Below are positions 13,853 to 28,205 of a stretch of 64,000 nucleotides of DNA, in pieces; position 1 is the stretch's first letter, and the number at the start of each line of letters is the position of its first letter. The stretch covers positions 93,932,001 through 93,996,000 of the forward strand of contig CM059432.1 in NCBI GenBank assembly GCA_030390025.1, written 5' to 3'. The DNA is from Squalus acanthias (Eukaryota). The position numbers and the translations under genes are program-made. A model generated the notes under the pieces. The model had not been told where the DNA came from and did not search any database. It saw only the letters and a program-made list of their open reading frames with translations.

Positions 13853-14300
13853 TGTCAGCCTTGGTTCAGTGTAGCACTCTCGCCTCTGTCAGAAAGTTAT
13901 AGTTTCAGGTCCCACTCCAGAGACTTAAGATCGTACTCTAGGCTGACACTTCAGTGCAGTACTGAAGGAGTGCTGTCCTGTCAGAGGTGCCATCTTTTGG
14001 ATGAGACGTTAAACCGAGGCCCTGTATGCCTTCTGAGGTAGACGTAAAAGATCCCATGGTACTATTTCAGAGAAGAGCTGGGGAATTCTCCCCAGTGTCT
14101 TGGCTAATAATTATCCCACAACCAACATCACAAAAAATATTTCTCGCTTCATTATTTCATTGCTGTTTGTGGGACCTTGTTGGGCGCAAAATGGCTGCCG
14201 TGTTTCCCTACATTGCAGCAGTGACTACACTGAAAAAGTTTGTAAAGCGCTCTTGGGGTGGTCAGGAAAGGCATCTTTTAAATGCAAGTTCGTTCTTTCT
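13853..14300 (+). mobile_element. Deu-domain SINE, near full length
   Basis: tRNA-like head (cagccttggttcagtg...) plus Deu core and tail. Confidence 0.85.
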
Positions 14301-14667
14301 TTAAAACGTGGTTTATTTTGGGTTATGTGACCCAAAACTCCTGAGAGCTGAGGATTGGATTTCGGAGGCAGCTAGAATACATTCTGGGTCAAGGATAGAT
14401 CATTTCAAATTTGGTGAATAGCATGGAAGGGAAATACAAATTTAGTTCTCAGCTGACAAATGCAGACATTTTGTGCTGTGTTTAAATGAAGGGTGTTACT
14501 AACACATTCTAAGTGAAGAGTTCATATTCAGAATCAAAACTGTGATCCAAGGTTATAGCAGATTTATTTTCATCAGCCGCAAATCTGACAGGCACAACAA
14601 TCCATCACCATGGCTAGGAATCTTTGAACCAGATGTAGATTTCTTAGCACACACATACACCCACATT

Positions 14668-14855
14668 AGTGTAACGGTTGTAGCACTGGACTAGCAACCC
14701 AGAGGTCGTGAGTTCACCTTGCTCTGTGTAAATTGGCTGTCATGTTTCCTACATTACAACAGTGACTACACTTCAAAAGTACGTCACTGGCTGTAAAACG
14801 CTTTGGGACATCCTAAGGTCATGAAAGGCACGATATAAATGCAGGTTCTTTCTTT
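14668..14855 (+). mobile_element. Partial SINE: tRNA-like head joined directly to Deu-SINE tail
   Basis: gcactggactagcaacccagaggtcgtgagttca followed by aaattggctg...cttcaaaagtac...aaatgcag tail. Confidence 0.6.
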
Positions 14856-15664
14856 TCAAAACAAGTGATTCAGAGAAATGGGTTTAAATAAAAATTTATA
14901 CGATTTAATTTCAGCTAAGTCCTACCTTGTTAAAAGCGGAGTTATTTCATCTAAATAAGAACATAAATGGTTTGGCAGAAATGTGATCTGCTTAGAACAG
15001 CAGATACAGTGTAGTGAGTGACTCATTTGCTGATCTGTTGAACCAACCAAAATATAGCTTAAAAACTTCCCTGAAATGAAAACCTAAAAGACCTTATTTT
15101 TTTTGGAATTAATTTCCTGTTTGCGAGAAAACAGATTATAAATAGAAATTATACACCGCATTACAATAAATTGGAAAAGCCAATTTGAGACAAGTAAATT
15201 GAATGCAGCGAAATACACAGAAAATCCTCACAAACACAAAAGATTTCTAACCAGTCATGTGCAAGACAACATAATTAAACCAAAATCAACTGCAGAAGCG
15301 CGTTTCCCTTTGTTAAATAAGATACCGCCCCAGTGTTACTAAGAACCCCAAGATGCTGGAGAGTGAGAGAAAGAAAGCTAAGCCAAAAGGGAGTGGAGTG
15401 CATCTTGGGAAAACTAAAAAGCCCAGAAATCAAGGCTATTCTGGCAGTTAAGAGATTCTCTCCCTGTAGTCTTCACTACCTTGCATTCAATCCTGCTCCC
15501 TTGCTGGCAGAAGCTTCCCATAAGAATATACATATATGCAAAATTTGTTCAGCTAACTACATAAATGAGTACATCTGAAAATGTGCATAATGTGACATGC
15601 GTTGAAATAGTACCTGATCATATCTCGGAAGCACTCACATATAAGGAATTGTTTTAAAGTTCAG

Positions 15665-16040
15665 TGAGTGTTATGTAGGCAAATATGGCACCCATTTTGC
15701 ACACAGCAGGATCCCACAAACAGCAAAGAAATGAATGAACAGTTAATTTTTTTTGCTGGTGTTGGCTGTAGGGTAATTTTGGCCAGGACACAGGGAACTC
15801 CCTGCTCTTCTTAGAATGGGACCTTGAATGTGCACCGAAATGGAGCTGCAGTTTAACTTCTCACCCAAAGGATAGCATCTCTGACAATGCAGTACGCTTC
15901 AGTACTGCACTGCAGTGCCAGCCTAGTTTGTGTGTATTCGTTTTGCAGTGGAGTTTGAACCTACAACTTTCTGACTCAGAGGGAAGAGCACTTTTTTGAT
16001 TCAGAGCGATGAGTGCTATCAACTGAGCCAAGCTGATACA
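15665..16040 (-). mobile_element. Deu-domain SINE
   Basis: Reverse complement of the same family (cagtactgcactgcagtgccagcctag; ctgactcagagg). Confidence 0.8.
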
Positions 16041-16172
16041 CTTCGATTTTTTAGATGAATAACGAGTCATACCAAAACACTGCTGTATGGAAAAATCTAC
16101 TACAGTGAATTCACTCCTCTATCTAAGCACTAATAATCTTCACAGGTAACAATACATAGTATAAATGCCAAT

Positions 16173-16917
16173 GGCCCAAAAATTAGTCTCACTACGCGAG
16201 AGTACGCACTGTGTACTCACGCGTATTCTGTCTCCAATTGCCGGTTTTCTGCATACACTGCGCATGCACTGAAAACCGGCACTTGGTGATTTCAAAAGGG
16301 GGCGGTTCCTAAGTGAACCGCATGCGCGCTACAGGCTGCGCGCACGCAGTGCACTTAGTGCTTTGAACGCGCAGGTAAGCATGGAAGATTTTGCACAAAG
16401 AAAGGAGGCGTAAGACCCTCTTTTAACAAGGTAAGTAGTTAATTAAGTATTATTTTGAATTTTTTTCAACAGGTATATCTTTTTTTAGAGACTTTAAAGA
16501 AAGGTAAGTTTATTTTTTATAACTTTTTAAAAAGATTTTAAATTTTTTCAAAAATTTAATTTTTTGTTTAAAGTGGTTAATTTATTTAACTATACTTATT
16601 TTATTAATGTGATGGTTTTTTTAAAAATTTAATTGAGGTTTAGCTGTTCTTTTGGGAGGGTATAGTATTCATAGCTTTCACAGCCCTTGCTGTGAAAACT
16701 ATGAATGAAAGATGGTGTGCTGCCATTGGCTCTAACTGAATCACGTGATCCCACAGCTCGCACGAAATAACTGCGTCTGTGGGATACGCACACACTGCAC
16801 AGCTGCTGTCTAGAAACTCAAGTTCGTGCGAGCTCGGAAGGAAAAGGCAGGCGCGCAGTGAGATATCGCGGGGAAGCCTTACCCCCGCAGGAAGGCTCAG
16901 TCTTTAATTTCTGGGCC
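16173..16917 (+). mobile_element. ~745-bp non-autonomous TIR element, copy 1
   Basis: TIR GGCCCAAAAATTA ... TAATTTCTGGGCC; flanks AAT/ATT; near-identical to 38985-39734. Confidence 0.9.
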
Positions 16918-17572
16918 ATTAACTAGCAAAAAACATGGAGATTAATCTAGACTCTATCTGGACAAAATTTGCAAAGCTCGACTTCCAGTACTGAGCCTTG
17001 CTAGATGGTAATGAGGGTCAGAGATAACATCATAGCTTTGATTTTCTCACTCGTGCTCCCACCTAGCGAGGTTCCATGCCTGGAGTGCAGCCTCGCTGAA
17101 ATTGCCCTTATATTTCCCAGATAATCAACACTAGCATCTGCATCTGCCACATCATTCAGAATCTAGATAAAATCTCCATGCTTTATGCTGGTTATTGGCA
17201 TTTATACTGTGCAGTTATCTAGCTTATGAAGATGATTAGTGCTTAGACAGAAGAATGGCATTTATGTGATTCCACCACTAAGCACAGCTTCCCATTCCCT
17301 CTTTAATTTCTGGAAGGACTATTCCCTCCAATATATCCTTGTTTCTATCTACGCTTCCCTGGCATGTTCCCATGCAAATACAGTCATTACAGTACACCTG
17401 TCTATTCTTCCCCTTTCCCACATATGGGACCTGCCCCAACATTCCAACTATGTGAGACAGTAGTTTACAGGTATTTCCTGCCGTTTTTTTCTAAATTGAT
17501 ATATAAATCAATATTGCTCTTTCTTTATTTCTTATATGTAGGTTTCAAATTAACACAGTGTTATTCTATTCC

Positions 17573-17903
17573 TACATGACCTCAGAACGTCCCAAAACGC
17601 TTCATAGGCAATGAAGTACTTTTGAAGTGTAGTCACTATTGCAATGTAGGGAAACACAACAGTCAAATTCCCTGCTCTTCTTTGAAATAGTGCTATGGGA
17701 TCTTTTACGTCCACTTGAGGGGACAGACGGGGGCCCAGTTCAACGTCTCATCCAAAAGGCGACACCTGAGATAGTGCAGCACTCCCTCAGTACTGCACTG
17801 AAGCGCCAGCCTAGATTACGTGCTCAAGTCTCTCGAGTGGGGCTTGAACCCTCAACTTCTGACTCAGAGGCAAGAGTTCCACCATTGAATCAAGGCCGAT
17901 ACC
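17573..17903 (-). mobile_element. Deu-domain SINE with internal deletion
   Basis: tatgggatcttttacgtccac...cagcactccctcagtactgcactg. Confidence 0.85.
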
Positions 17904-18238
17904 TGATTCCTGTTTATTATTTCCTGAAGCAGGTAAATTTAGGTGCAAGAATTGCAAAGACATGATGGGGCTAGCTCTGTTAGTCCCCAAGGACTGAAAT
18001 TGAAATCCCCCTCTCCCTCTTCAGGAAAGGGGGCAGTAAAAACAAAAACAAAAAAATCAGAAAAGGAACTGTGTGGTCACAGTGCCCATGGATTTCCCTC
18101 CTGTAGTTTTAACTCCAAATAATACTTCATTTTTACCCAATAATTGAACTTTCAAAATAAATAAAACTTTTTTTTTCATGGTTTCCTAAGACACATGTTC
18201 ATAATATATAGTATGGTGACAATCAGTAAAGCTATTTG

Positions 18239-18284
18239 AATTATTTTACCACACACATTTAAATTATTTTACCACACACATTTA
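18239..18284. repeat. 23-bp tandem duplication
   Basis: aattattttaccacacacattta x2. Confidence 0.9.
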
Positions 18285-18428
18285 AATTGAAGACACCACT
18301 GCAACATATGGATGCCTATCAAAGCAAACTCTGAAAGGAAAAGATTCGGATTGACTTGGAAGCTTGCCCATCAAATGGGAATTCAGATCTGTAAAGTCAT
18401 TTGAGAGTTACTCGAGTTCAAACATAAT

Positions 18429-18538
18429 GGCCGGATTTTGCGGTTGGTATGGCAGCGTACTCAAAAGGTAGGTTTGTAATTCTTTTGCGGGTCGGAGGCA
18501 TACTCCGGAGGTACGCCTCGGACCGCAATTTTTGGCCC
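18429..18538. mobile_element. ~110-bp MITE related to the element at 60550-61226
   Basis: GGCCGGATTTTGCGGT ... ACCGCAATTTTTGGCC; AAT flanks. Confidence 0.7.
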
Positions 18539-21019
18539 AATGCATCAACACAGTTACGACTGTATCTCCAAATGAAGGGGATTGGAAAAATCATCTTTGA
18601 AGGATTTAAAAAAACTGCATATTGTAGTGTTCAGTATATGGGAAAAAAAATGCTTGAAAGTACAAATTTGCTAAAAGGAACCAAGTTTTAGTTTCATGAT
18701 GTCACACGAGTGCAGGAAACCAACACGGTCATCAAAAATATTTGTGTAACAATTTCCTGTCACAAGTTCATGTAATAAAAAAAAAGCCTACTACATCTTT
18801 ACAAGGCAGTTCACAGCCCATTCTCCTAAATGCCACACAGTCCAGTTAGAACACTGCAGTGAACTTCAATTAATACTGATGTTATGGTCAGGTTAGTTTA
18901 AAATAATGCAGCATCACTTATGCCTGATGCACAAACATCGATAATAGTTTTCTCTCAAATCTGAATCAGAGTTACGGGCTTATACTATTTGAAGCAATGC
19001 TGGTATCTTAAGGTATATCATCTTAATATGAACCAGAAATTAAACTTGCAAAGCTTAGTTAAGAAAAAAAAGCATATCATAAAACTCATAATTGTACTCT
19101 TCAAAAGTTTTACATAGAAGAATCTAAATAAGTGCCTGAGTAGTTTGTCATAAAATACTGCACTCTGCTCAGGAATCTATCACAGATCTGAATGAAGACC
19201 ACTGCCTCTCTCGATCGGTGTTTGTTGGAAGCAATTTGCAAAAAGCCTGCACAAAACACACCAACACCCATTCCCCGTCACCCAACACCTCAATCCTCCC
19301 AAACAAAAAATGGCTATATTCCCAAGATCTACAACAACATATAAAATTAAAAACCTCCAGATTTTACAGTAAATTCCTTCATTACATTTCCAGCAATACA
19401 CAACTCTCCAGTATCATTCACACAGCTCACGCCAGACTAAGGCACAGGTCTGAGTCATGCAGAGCAGCTGGCTATTACTCAACCATCCACAAAACAAAAC
19501 CATAGATGAAATAAACAGTAACAAAAATGCTGGTGGTTACATTTCTTAGTTCTCATATAGCATAAACACTAACAGTGTTCTCTATACAATATGATTCAAT
19601 GAGTAGGGCACTTTGGGATATTACACCAATCAGATTTATGCATTTATTCAGACTTGACTGCAAGACCTAAAGAATAGGGAAAAACTCTTTCTTCATTCAG
19701 AGGCAATTCATTGCAACCTCAACAAACGGGCAAGCTGGTGTCTGAAACTAAAAGTACAATCTACTCCACCTATATACCTATCATGTCAAGAGCTTGAAGT
19801 TAAGGCCACATAACTACAGGGCAGTAGGGCTAGCCGAGGACTGAAGTCTTTTGTCTGCATCAGTTGAAAGTAGGTTGCAAAAATCCTTCATTAGAAACAA
19901 ATCCTGGATATGGCAGCATAGTCCAGTAAGCATGTTGGTGTTGGATCAATTCCACTCCAGTCACTGGGCTGCTGCTAAATGTACTGGTCTCTGCTCCAGT
20001 GGATCAGCATTGATTTCAAGCTCGAGTGTATAGATCTCTAAAAACACAAATTTCCCCTCATTCATTCCTATTCAGTTAAAAACTCTAAATCACATCTTTG
20101 GGTGTGCCTCAACAGAAACAAAAAATTGCACACTTAAGACCTGAAATTACACCATATTTGTCTGGAGATTTCTCACTATTTTAGTGAAAGCATTGTATTG
20201 TTTAAAATAAATGAGTTAATGCCTCCTGCAAAATATCAGGAAAAGGAATTTGAGATTCACACATTAGTATTGCATGGTGCAATTTCAGGGCCATCATTAT
20301 AGACAAAAAACCACAATTTAGGAAGTAAAAGTAAAAATTACACAAACATTAACAGTAAATCACTAGCTTTTTTAAAAATTGTGAAGGCACAACAGTGTGT
20401 TGGTTATGCAGTGTGAGATATATCGAAGTATTTATTTTAACTTTTCGCTACTGGAAATGTCAAACCTACTCACTAACAGAGCTCTCCCAAGATCAGAGTT
20501 TCAGAGAGAAAGAAAATTCATTCGAAGCACAACTGGACTCTAAGATGAAACCTAGCCCAATCACGTTAGGACAAACACATCTAAATGAACAATAACACCA
20601 AGGCAAGTGAGGAGCACATGGGACCTTAACAGCATTGTTAAAACCAACATGATCTCATCAGATTTTGACCTAGCATAATTGTCAGTGAAATAATAAGTTT
20701 TGTTCACAGAAAAAAAGTGCATAATAAAACCAAGTATTACCATCAGAATTTCTTTTTAAAAAAAGCAGTTAAAATAATTGTTGTTGAGTTCAACAGCCAT
20801 TTATATTGAATATCTGTTTAAATTTATGAGCGGGTCACGTCATTGAGGAACTAGCTTGGAGCTAGTTCAGTGGTTTGAGAGAGCTCAGCTCAGTAAATGC
20901 TTGAAACCAGTTTCCAATGCTGTCTTTGGTATTCACTGTCTAAACAAAGTCTTTTTTAATTTTCTTTCTGTACTCTTTCTCCTCCTGAAGGTCTTAGCTA
21001 ATATTGGAAGATGGTTCAT

Positions 21020-21290
21020 TAGTTGCTGTCAGCCCCTCGTCCAAGTGGTAATTCTTTATGTGTGAGCCTAGGCATTGAGCGCCGCCAGTCTAATCAACTG
21101 ATATACAAACCCAGATCCTGCTTTCACTTAACATCCACACAGACACTGTCTGAAGCGGTCACTAGATCATGATCAGGAACAGCAACTTCGGGCAATTATT
21201 TCTCCCTTCTCTTGCTAGAGGACAGTGAAACTAACTGTAGCATCCAACATGCTTTCCCTGATCATAGCCCGATCTATACTCAGCGAATTC
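21020..21290 (-). mobile_element. Old SINE remnant (AmnSINE2-like)
   Basis: Reverse complement contains ctaggctcacacataaagaattaccacttggacgagg; related to 56220-56470. Family name from memory. Confidence 0.5.
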
Positions 21291-22659
21291 ACCCCTTGGC
21301 ACCATTCAAATTAAACTAAACCCATTGTAACTATTTGATTTTGCAAAGTGCAGTTATTACAGGGCTAATTTTGTTGACTGTGTAAGCTCTATTACTTAAC
21401 ATTTTCTGTACTATACAAGAATGTACTCTACTGGTCACACCATGTAAAATTCACACCCACTCCTTTTAAACTGGACAAATGACTAACAAAGAATAAATTA
21501 TACTACTGCACAAGACATGTGGCCAGGTTAGTATATGCAATCTAAACAGTGGATTTTACCATACTCTCCACTAGAACATGTTTGAGGTTCAGAACCCCAA
21601 CAGAAAAAGATCACTCGAGTAATTGAGAAGAAAAACCATTGAGGTGCTGTCTTGTACAAATAGGAGACTTGTAAATCTAAACAGCTGCCTGCTGCTGAAA
21701 AAACAACGAAACCAGGCATATTCAGTGCCCACTTGCTAATCTATTCTACAAGATTATTAAACAAATTAGCAGCTTTTACGGTGCTGGATATTCAGGCTGA
21801 GCCTCAATAGGAAGCTATTCATTTTAAAATGGGAGATGACAGCTTCTCTGCAGTGAATTCTGGTGATGAATAATAAAAGACCAGAAATTATTCCATTTTA
21901 AGGTTAACCCAAGTCACTCTAGAAATCTCTCACAACAGCAGCAAACAGTTACCATTTCGACTCTGTTACAACACATGCGATGCACTTCACATTGGGCACA
22001 AGGCCAGCCAACCAATGGTAGTCAATTAACGGACTGTGTGTCTCTGCACAGTTTCATATTACTGTACTTTTCCAGAAACCAACAGTCACAACTGTTCATT
22101 AAAAGATATCAGAAAACTTCTGCTTCTCCAACCATAAATTTAGTGTCACAATGTATAAAGACATCCAACAATCATCGGTCCTAATTAGAGCAGATGAAAT
22201 GACCACTTCAGGAATTCACTACTGAATCAGTGCTCTGTACTATATTCCACAGGGTGAAAGCCTGCAGTTTAACTTTTGAACCTTACTGCACACAAGACAT
22301 TAAAGAAAAACTGATATAAAAATATTTTATGAAAAGATACGAAGACCATTGGTGAATTCAAAACATGCATGCAGTCACAAAATGCTGAGGATATGTAGCA
22401 GTGGTAAAGCCATGAGAAAATTTCACCCCTACTGTGAATATCTGTAACTGAGAGATATACAATTATTGGAAAATAATCTGCATATTTTGACATATGAACA
22501 TGCAATTTGGTAAAATGTGGAATCATTGTGTTGTTTATGTTTGAGCACCAAATAAATACTTCTACTTGGGTTTATGCAATTCTCATTTTCTTACATGAGG
22601 AAAGAACTCAATATTTTAAATTAAAAAAAAAATTAAGATTCTTGGATATTGCAATTTTT

Positions 22660-23230
22660 AAGAACATAGGAATTGCTTGATGGCAAAAGTCCAAGGTTCA
22701 TCTCGTTCACCTTCGACCATCCTGGTAGTCGCATGAAACAACAATAATGGAGTTCGACTAATCATAGCAATCAATCTCTATCAATTAGTCTACAACAGAC
22801 CCAGACATGATGCGAGGAAAACCCCAGTGGTGGAGAGCTTTGGGAACCATATGTCCAAAGTCACCTGTTCCTTCCAAGTGTGCTCTACTTACCACATGTC
22901 ATGTCTCAAATTACTCAATGTATCCCAAAATGTTATTTTCTCAAAGAAATCTATCCAATTTCATTTGAATGAATCAATACGAACTTCTTCCACCGTCTCC
23001 CTAGGGAGCCCGTTCCATAGATTGACCACTCACTCACTGAAATATTGTTTCCACAGATTAGTTTTGAATTTACCCCCTTTCAAACATAGGTTGTGTCCTC
23101 TGCTTCTACTGTTCTGGACAAGGTGAAATAGCTTGTCATGATCGAAGTTATTTATTTGCTTTAGAATCCTAAATACAGCAATCATATCACCTCGCAACCT
23201 TCCCTTTGCAAGTGAGAACATGCCCAATTT
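22660..23230 (-). mobile_element. CR1 LINE 3' end with 3'UTR
   Basis: ORF RLRGDMIAVFRIL...RSRGHNLCL; tail cctatgttctt. Confidence 0.85.
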
Positions 23231-25189
23231 TTGCCAAGATTTAATTAGATGGAATTTATTTTTTAAATGTAGCTAGGATATGAATTGAAAAAAAGTGAAA
23301 AACTAACATATTTGAAAAATACAACATGTTGTTTAATTTAAGTTAACCCAGTTATTTTAAATAAATGCCAAGAAACTTTTCTTTTGTTTTGTAGAAGGCC
23401 TCCACTGAAAAATTATGCAAGTTCTTTTAGAAATTTAACAGTGGTATGGTTCCCAAGTAATCAAATTACAGTCCCTTCACATTCAAACAGTTCACATAAG
23501 AACTAAAACACAATCCTGAATCTGTGGACAATGATGGTTAGACAATCCAAATCCACCAATTTTGCAGAGCATTTACCCATTACTTGCTTAAATATATGCT
23601 GAGAACCATATATGTTCCAATAATAGAAGCTGTAGTTAATTAGGAAAATATGGTCAAGTTCTTTCCTGAGCTGCTGAATACATCTGGTCAGTCAGACACA
23701 CCCCAAGATCTAGTAGTGAAACTGAACATTACTGTACGGTAAACATATTTATCAGCTGATTCAGTGGGACCCATATTCAAAGATATAAGCTGGCTTTAAA
23801 CACCAAAAAATCTTCCAAGTGAATTGTCATAATTTTTCTTATATAAAAGATACCACCCAAAATATTAGCCTATCTTTCCCTTTCAGATGCTGATTGATCG
23901 ATTATACGTTTCCGGTATTTTCAGTTATTACAGTTTCAAGAAAGCAAAAGCTGAACGAATTGGAATCCTAGACAATGTATTAAAATACCACCAACTCCAT
24001 TCAAATGAGGCATCTGAAGAATGGATACATAGATTTATACGATCGCCTAGACATAACCTACAGTTTGCATCAGTTATAAATTCTTGACACACTTCTAATG
24101 AAAACATGGCCTTCATCTGTCCAACTTCCATAGATGTTCCTTAATTTCAGTTCAGCTAATGATCCCATCCAGTTACACAATGACAGAGTAGTTACTAACC
24201 AATCCACGGCTATCATGTTCAGTTCTGAGCACCCTACCACGAATATGTAGACGCAATAGGAAGGGGTCAGAGAAATGAGACCAAGAGGATTCCACACCAT
24301 AGGGGACTAAATTAAGCAGAAAGACAAAAAAAAACTTAATTTCAGTGAAGTTTGGGAGCTGAAATAGAAAGAGAATCAAAAAGAGCAGGACAGAGTCTGT
24401 GAAAATTGTAGAGATGAGTAATGAACTAAAGTTTTCATATAAAAATGCTAATCCCTTCATGTTTGATGGCCCTGTTATTTTTAAATATCCCTCCCCCCCA
24501 CCCAATTGTTAATAGAAGTCTATCTTGCGGTGGTCTTTTATCTTGGGTTTTTATTTCCCCCAATATGATGCTATAGTTGTGACATTGCAGCAGCACTTGG
24601 TGTAATTTCATGAGGATTTATGCATTATACTTATTTGACTACATTTCAGAACTTTCAATTCTATTGTCTTAGGTTTGAAGTTCAAGGTTGTGCCATTCAT
24701 GGACTGAAGCAGAGAGTTGCTTGGATGAGTGACAGCAGTTGTAGAAGAATAATAAATGCCACAATTTCAGTTTTATCCCCACCCAAAAGTATTCTTTTGT
24801 AACAGTGCAATTATACTTCACCTTCACATTAATGTGAAACAGTTTTGGGTCACATAGATATGAAAATGGACTATGGTCCCAATCTAACTTCTGAGGGCAC
24901 TAAAGACTAGTACAAGGTCCCCTCCACAGTTCAATCAGTCCACTGGACCATCCAAGAACTTAAAACTTTTTATGAAATCTTATGAACGAACAAATTATTC
25001 TACCTTCTCTGTCCCAACATTAAAAATCAGCCCCCACCTTCTAATGACCCACAGCAAGGTTCAGTCGGCACCACGATCCCTGTGTCTGAGAGAGTGTAGG
25101 CTCCCAAATCATTCTGGGTCATGCTGATTTATAAATAAAGTAAAATGGAACAACAGTCTAATTATACTCAAGACAATTACAGATTTTAA

Positions 25190-26685
25190 GACGCAAAGGC
25201 TACGGGCTCCAATAACATTCCAGCTGTAGGACTGAAGACTTGTGCTCCAGAACTAGCCATGCCCCTAGCCAAGCTGTTCCAGTACAGCTACAATACTGGC
25301 ACCCAACCAACAAAATGAAAAATTGGCCAGGTATGTCCTCTCCACAGAAAGCAGGACAAATCCAACCCAGCCAATTAGCTGCCAATCAGCCTACTCTGAA
25401 TCAGTCGTCAATAGTGTTATCAAGTAGCACTGACTCACCATAACCTGCTCACTGATACTCAATTTGAGTTCTGCTAGGACCACTCAGCTCCAAGCCTTAT
25501 TACAGTCTTGGTCCAAACTATGGACACAAGAGCTGAATTCCAGAGGTGAGGCAAGTGTGCTATCAAGACAGCATTTGACCAAGTGTGGCACCAAGGAGCC
25601 TTAGTAAATTGGCAATCAATGGGGATCAGGGGAAAAACTCTCGACTGGCTGGAGTCATACCCGTCACAAAGGAAGATCATTGTGGTTGTTGGAGGCCAAT
25701 CATCTCTGGTCCAAAACATTTCTGCAGGACTTCAGGGCAGTGTCCTCGGCCCAACCATCTTCAACTGCTTCATCAATGATGTTCCTTCCATCATAAGGTC
25801 AGAAGTGGAGCTGTTCACTGATGATTGCATAGTGCTCAATTCCATTCACAATTCCTCAAATAATGATGAAGTAATCCATGCCCGCATGCAGCAAGACCTG
25901 GACAACATTCAGGCTTGGGCTGATAAGTAACAAGTAACATTTGTGCCATGCAATGACCATCTCCAGCAAGAGAGAACCTAACCAATCCCCTTGACTTTTA
26001 ATGGCATCACCATATCCTCCACCATCAACATCCTGGGGAGTCACCATTGACCAGAATATCAACTGGACCAGTCACTTAAATGCTGTGGCTAATAAAGCAG
26101 GTCAGAGGTTGGGTATTCTGCAATGAGTGGCTCACTTCCTGACTCCCCAAAGCCTCTGCACAACCAAAAAGAGACAAGTCAGGAGTGTGATGGAATACTC
26201 TCTACTTGCCTGGATGGGTGCAGCTGCAACAACACAAGAAGCTCAACCCCATCCAGGACAAAGCAGTTGGCTTGATCGGCAACTCATCGACTAGCCTAAA
26301 CATCCAGTACAGGCATACCATGTATGTAGTGTGCATGATCTACAGGATGCTCTGCAGCAACTCGAAGATTTCTTCGGCAGCACCTCCCAGACCCACAATT
26401 TTCACCATATAGGCCAAGGGCAGCAGCTGCATGGGAGCACCATCACCTCAAAGTACCTCTGCAAGTCACACACTATCCTGACTTGGACATACATCACCGT
26501 TCCTTCATTGCCGCTGGATCAAAATCCTGGAACTCCTTACCCAACATTGTGGGAGCACCTTCACCACACAGACTGTCGCAGTTCAAGAACAAAGGCCCCC
26601 CACCACCTTCTCAATGACAATACTGAATGGACAATAATGCTGACTTTGCCAGCGACACCCACATCCCAAGGATGAATAAAAGAAA
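25190..26685 (+). mobile_element. CR1/L2-group LINE (second family), truncated RT region and tail
   Basis: WHQGAL, QGSVLGPTIF, FTDDC, DLDNIQAWADK; tail gccagcgacacccacatcccaaggatgaataaaa. Confidence 0.9.
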
Positions 26686-27109
26686 ATCATGCTTCTTTAA
26701 TGCTTTACTATACTGATGTGACAGCAAGCCTGTGTTTTCATTTTAATGCAGGAGTGTCAAACGTACAACCCACGTTCTGGATGCAGCCTGCAGAATAATT
26801 TCATCCAGCCAGTGGTGTGCTATGCTTAAGGATGTCGTGAGTGCTGCAATGGGACACAATTCTCCCGGGCACTGGTTCCAACAGCCTAGGAGAACGGCCC
26901 TTTTTACATTTTGCTCCAAATTAGCAGCCCTCCCCATGCCGTCACCTCCCTCCATGCACCTGCAAGCACAGAGAACCAGCACTCACTTTGGAATGGCCTG
27001 ATACAGAACCGGCTGGTGGATGGGAGAGAAGGAAGAGCTGGGAGAGGTGCTGGGTTGGGCTGGAAGAAGATGACTAGAAAGTCGGGTGGCATGGATTGGG
27101 ATTCCGGTG

Positions 27110-28205
27110 GGGGGAAGCGCAAGGGAGGACAGGTGAATGGGTTGGGCGGGGGGGGAAAGGGAGGACAGGTGAATGGGTTGGGCAGGGGGGAGGGGGGGAA
27201 GGGAGGACAGGTGAATGGGTTGGGCGGGGGGGGGAAAGGGAGGACAGGTGAATGGGTTGGGCGGGGGGGGGGGGGGAAGGGAGGACAGGTGAATGGGTTG
27301 GGGGAAGGGAGGACAGGTGAATGGGTTGGGGGAAGGGAGGACAGGTGAATGGGTTGGGCAGGGGGGAAAGGGAGGCCAGGTGAATGGGTTGGGCAGCGGG
27401 GGGGGGGGATGGGAGGACAGGTGAATGGGTTGGGCAGGGAGGACAGGTGAATGGGTTGGGATGGGGGAAGGGGGGACAGGTGAATGGGTTGGGGGGAGAG
27501 GGAGGACAGGTGAGTGGGTTGGGCGGGGGGGGAAGGGAGGACAGGCGAATGGGTTTGGCAGGGGGGGGCGGGGGGAGACAGGCGAGTGGGTCGGGCGGGG
27601 GGGGGGGGGGGGGGGAGGGCAGGTGACAGGTGATCGGGTCGGGCAGGGGTGGGGGGGGGACAGGTGACAGGTGACAGGGTCGGGCGGGGGGGAAAGGGAG
27701 GACAGGTGACAGGTGAGTGGGTTGGGCAAGGGGGGGGGACAGGTGACAGGTGAGTGGGTCGGGCAGGGGGGGGGGGGGAGGGAGGACAGGTGACAGGTGA
27801 GTGGGTCGGGCAGGAGGGAGGACAGGTGAGTGGGTCGGGAGGGGGGAAAGGGAGGACAGGTGACAGGTGAGTGGGTCGGGCAAGGGGGGGGACAGGTGAC
27901 AGGTGAGTGGGTCGGGCGGGGGGGGGGAGGGAGGACAGGTGACAGGTGAGTGGGTCGGGCAGGGGGGGGGGTCGGGCGGGGGGGAAAGGGAGGACAGGTG
28001 ACAGGTGAGTGGGTCGGGCAAGGGGGGGGACAGGTGACAGGTGAGTGGGTCGGGCAGGGGGGGGGGAGGGAGGACAGGTGAATGGGTTGGGCGGGGGGGG
28101 GGAAGGGAGGACAGGTGACAGGTGAGTGGGTCGGGCAGGAGGGAGGACAGGTGAGTGGGTCGGGAGGGGGGAAAGGGAGGACAGGTGACAGGTGAGTGGG
28201 TCGGT
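27110..28205. repeat. G-rich minisatellite, ~30-40-bp unit GGGAGGACAGGTG(A/ACAGGTGAG)..GGG(T/TC)GGGC(G)n
   Basis: Directly visible tandem units with variable poly-G spacers. Confidence 0.97.

Noticed and set aside
27110..28205. CRISPR-like repeat/spacer array
   Set aside because: The spacers are just poly-G length variants; eukaryotic context with no cas genes.
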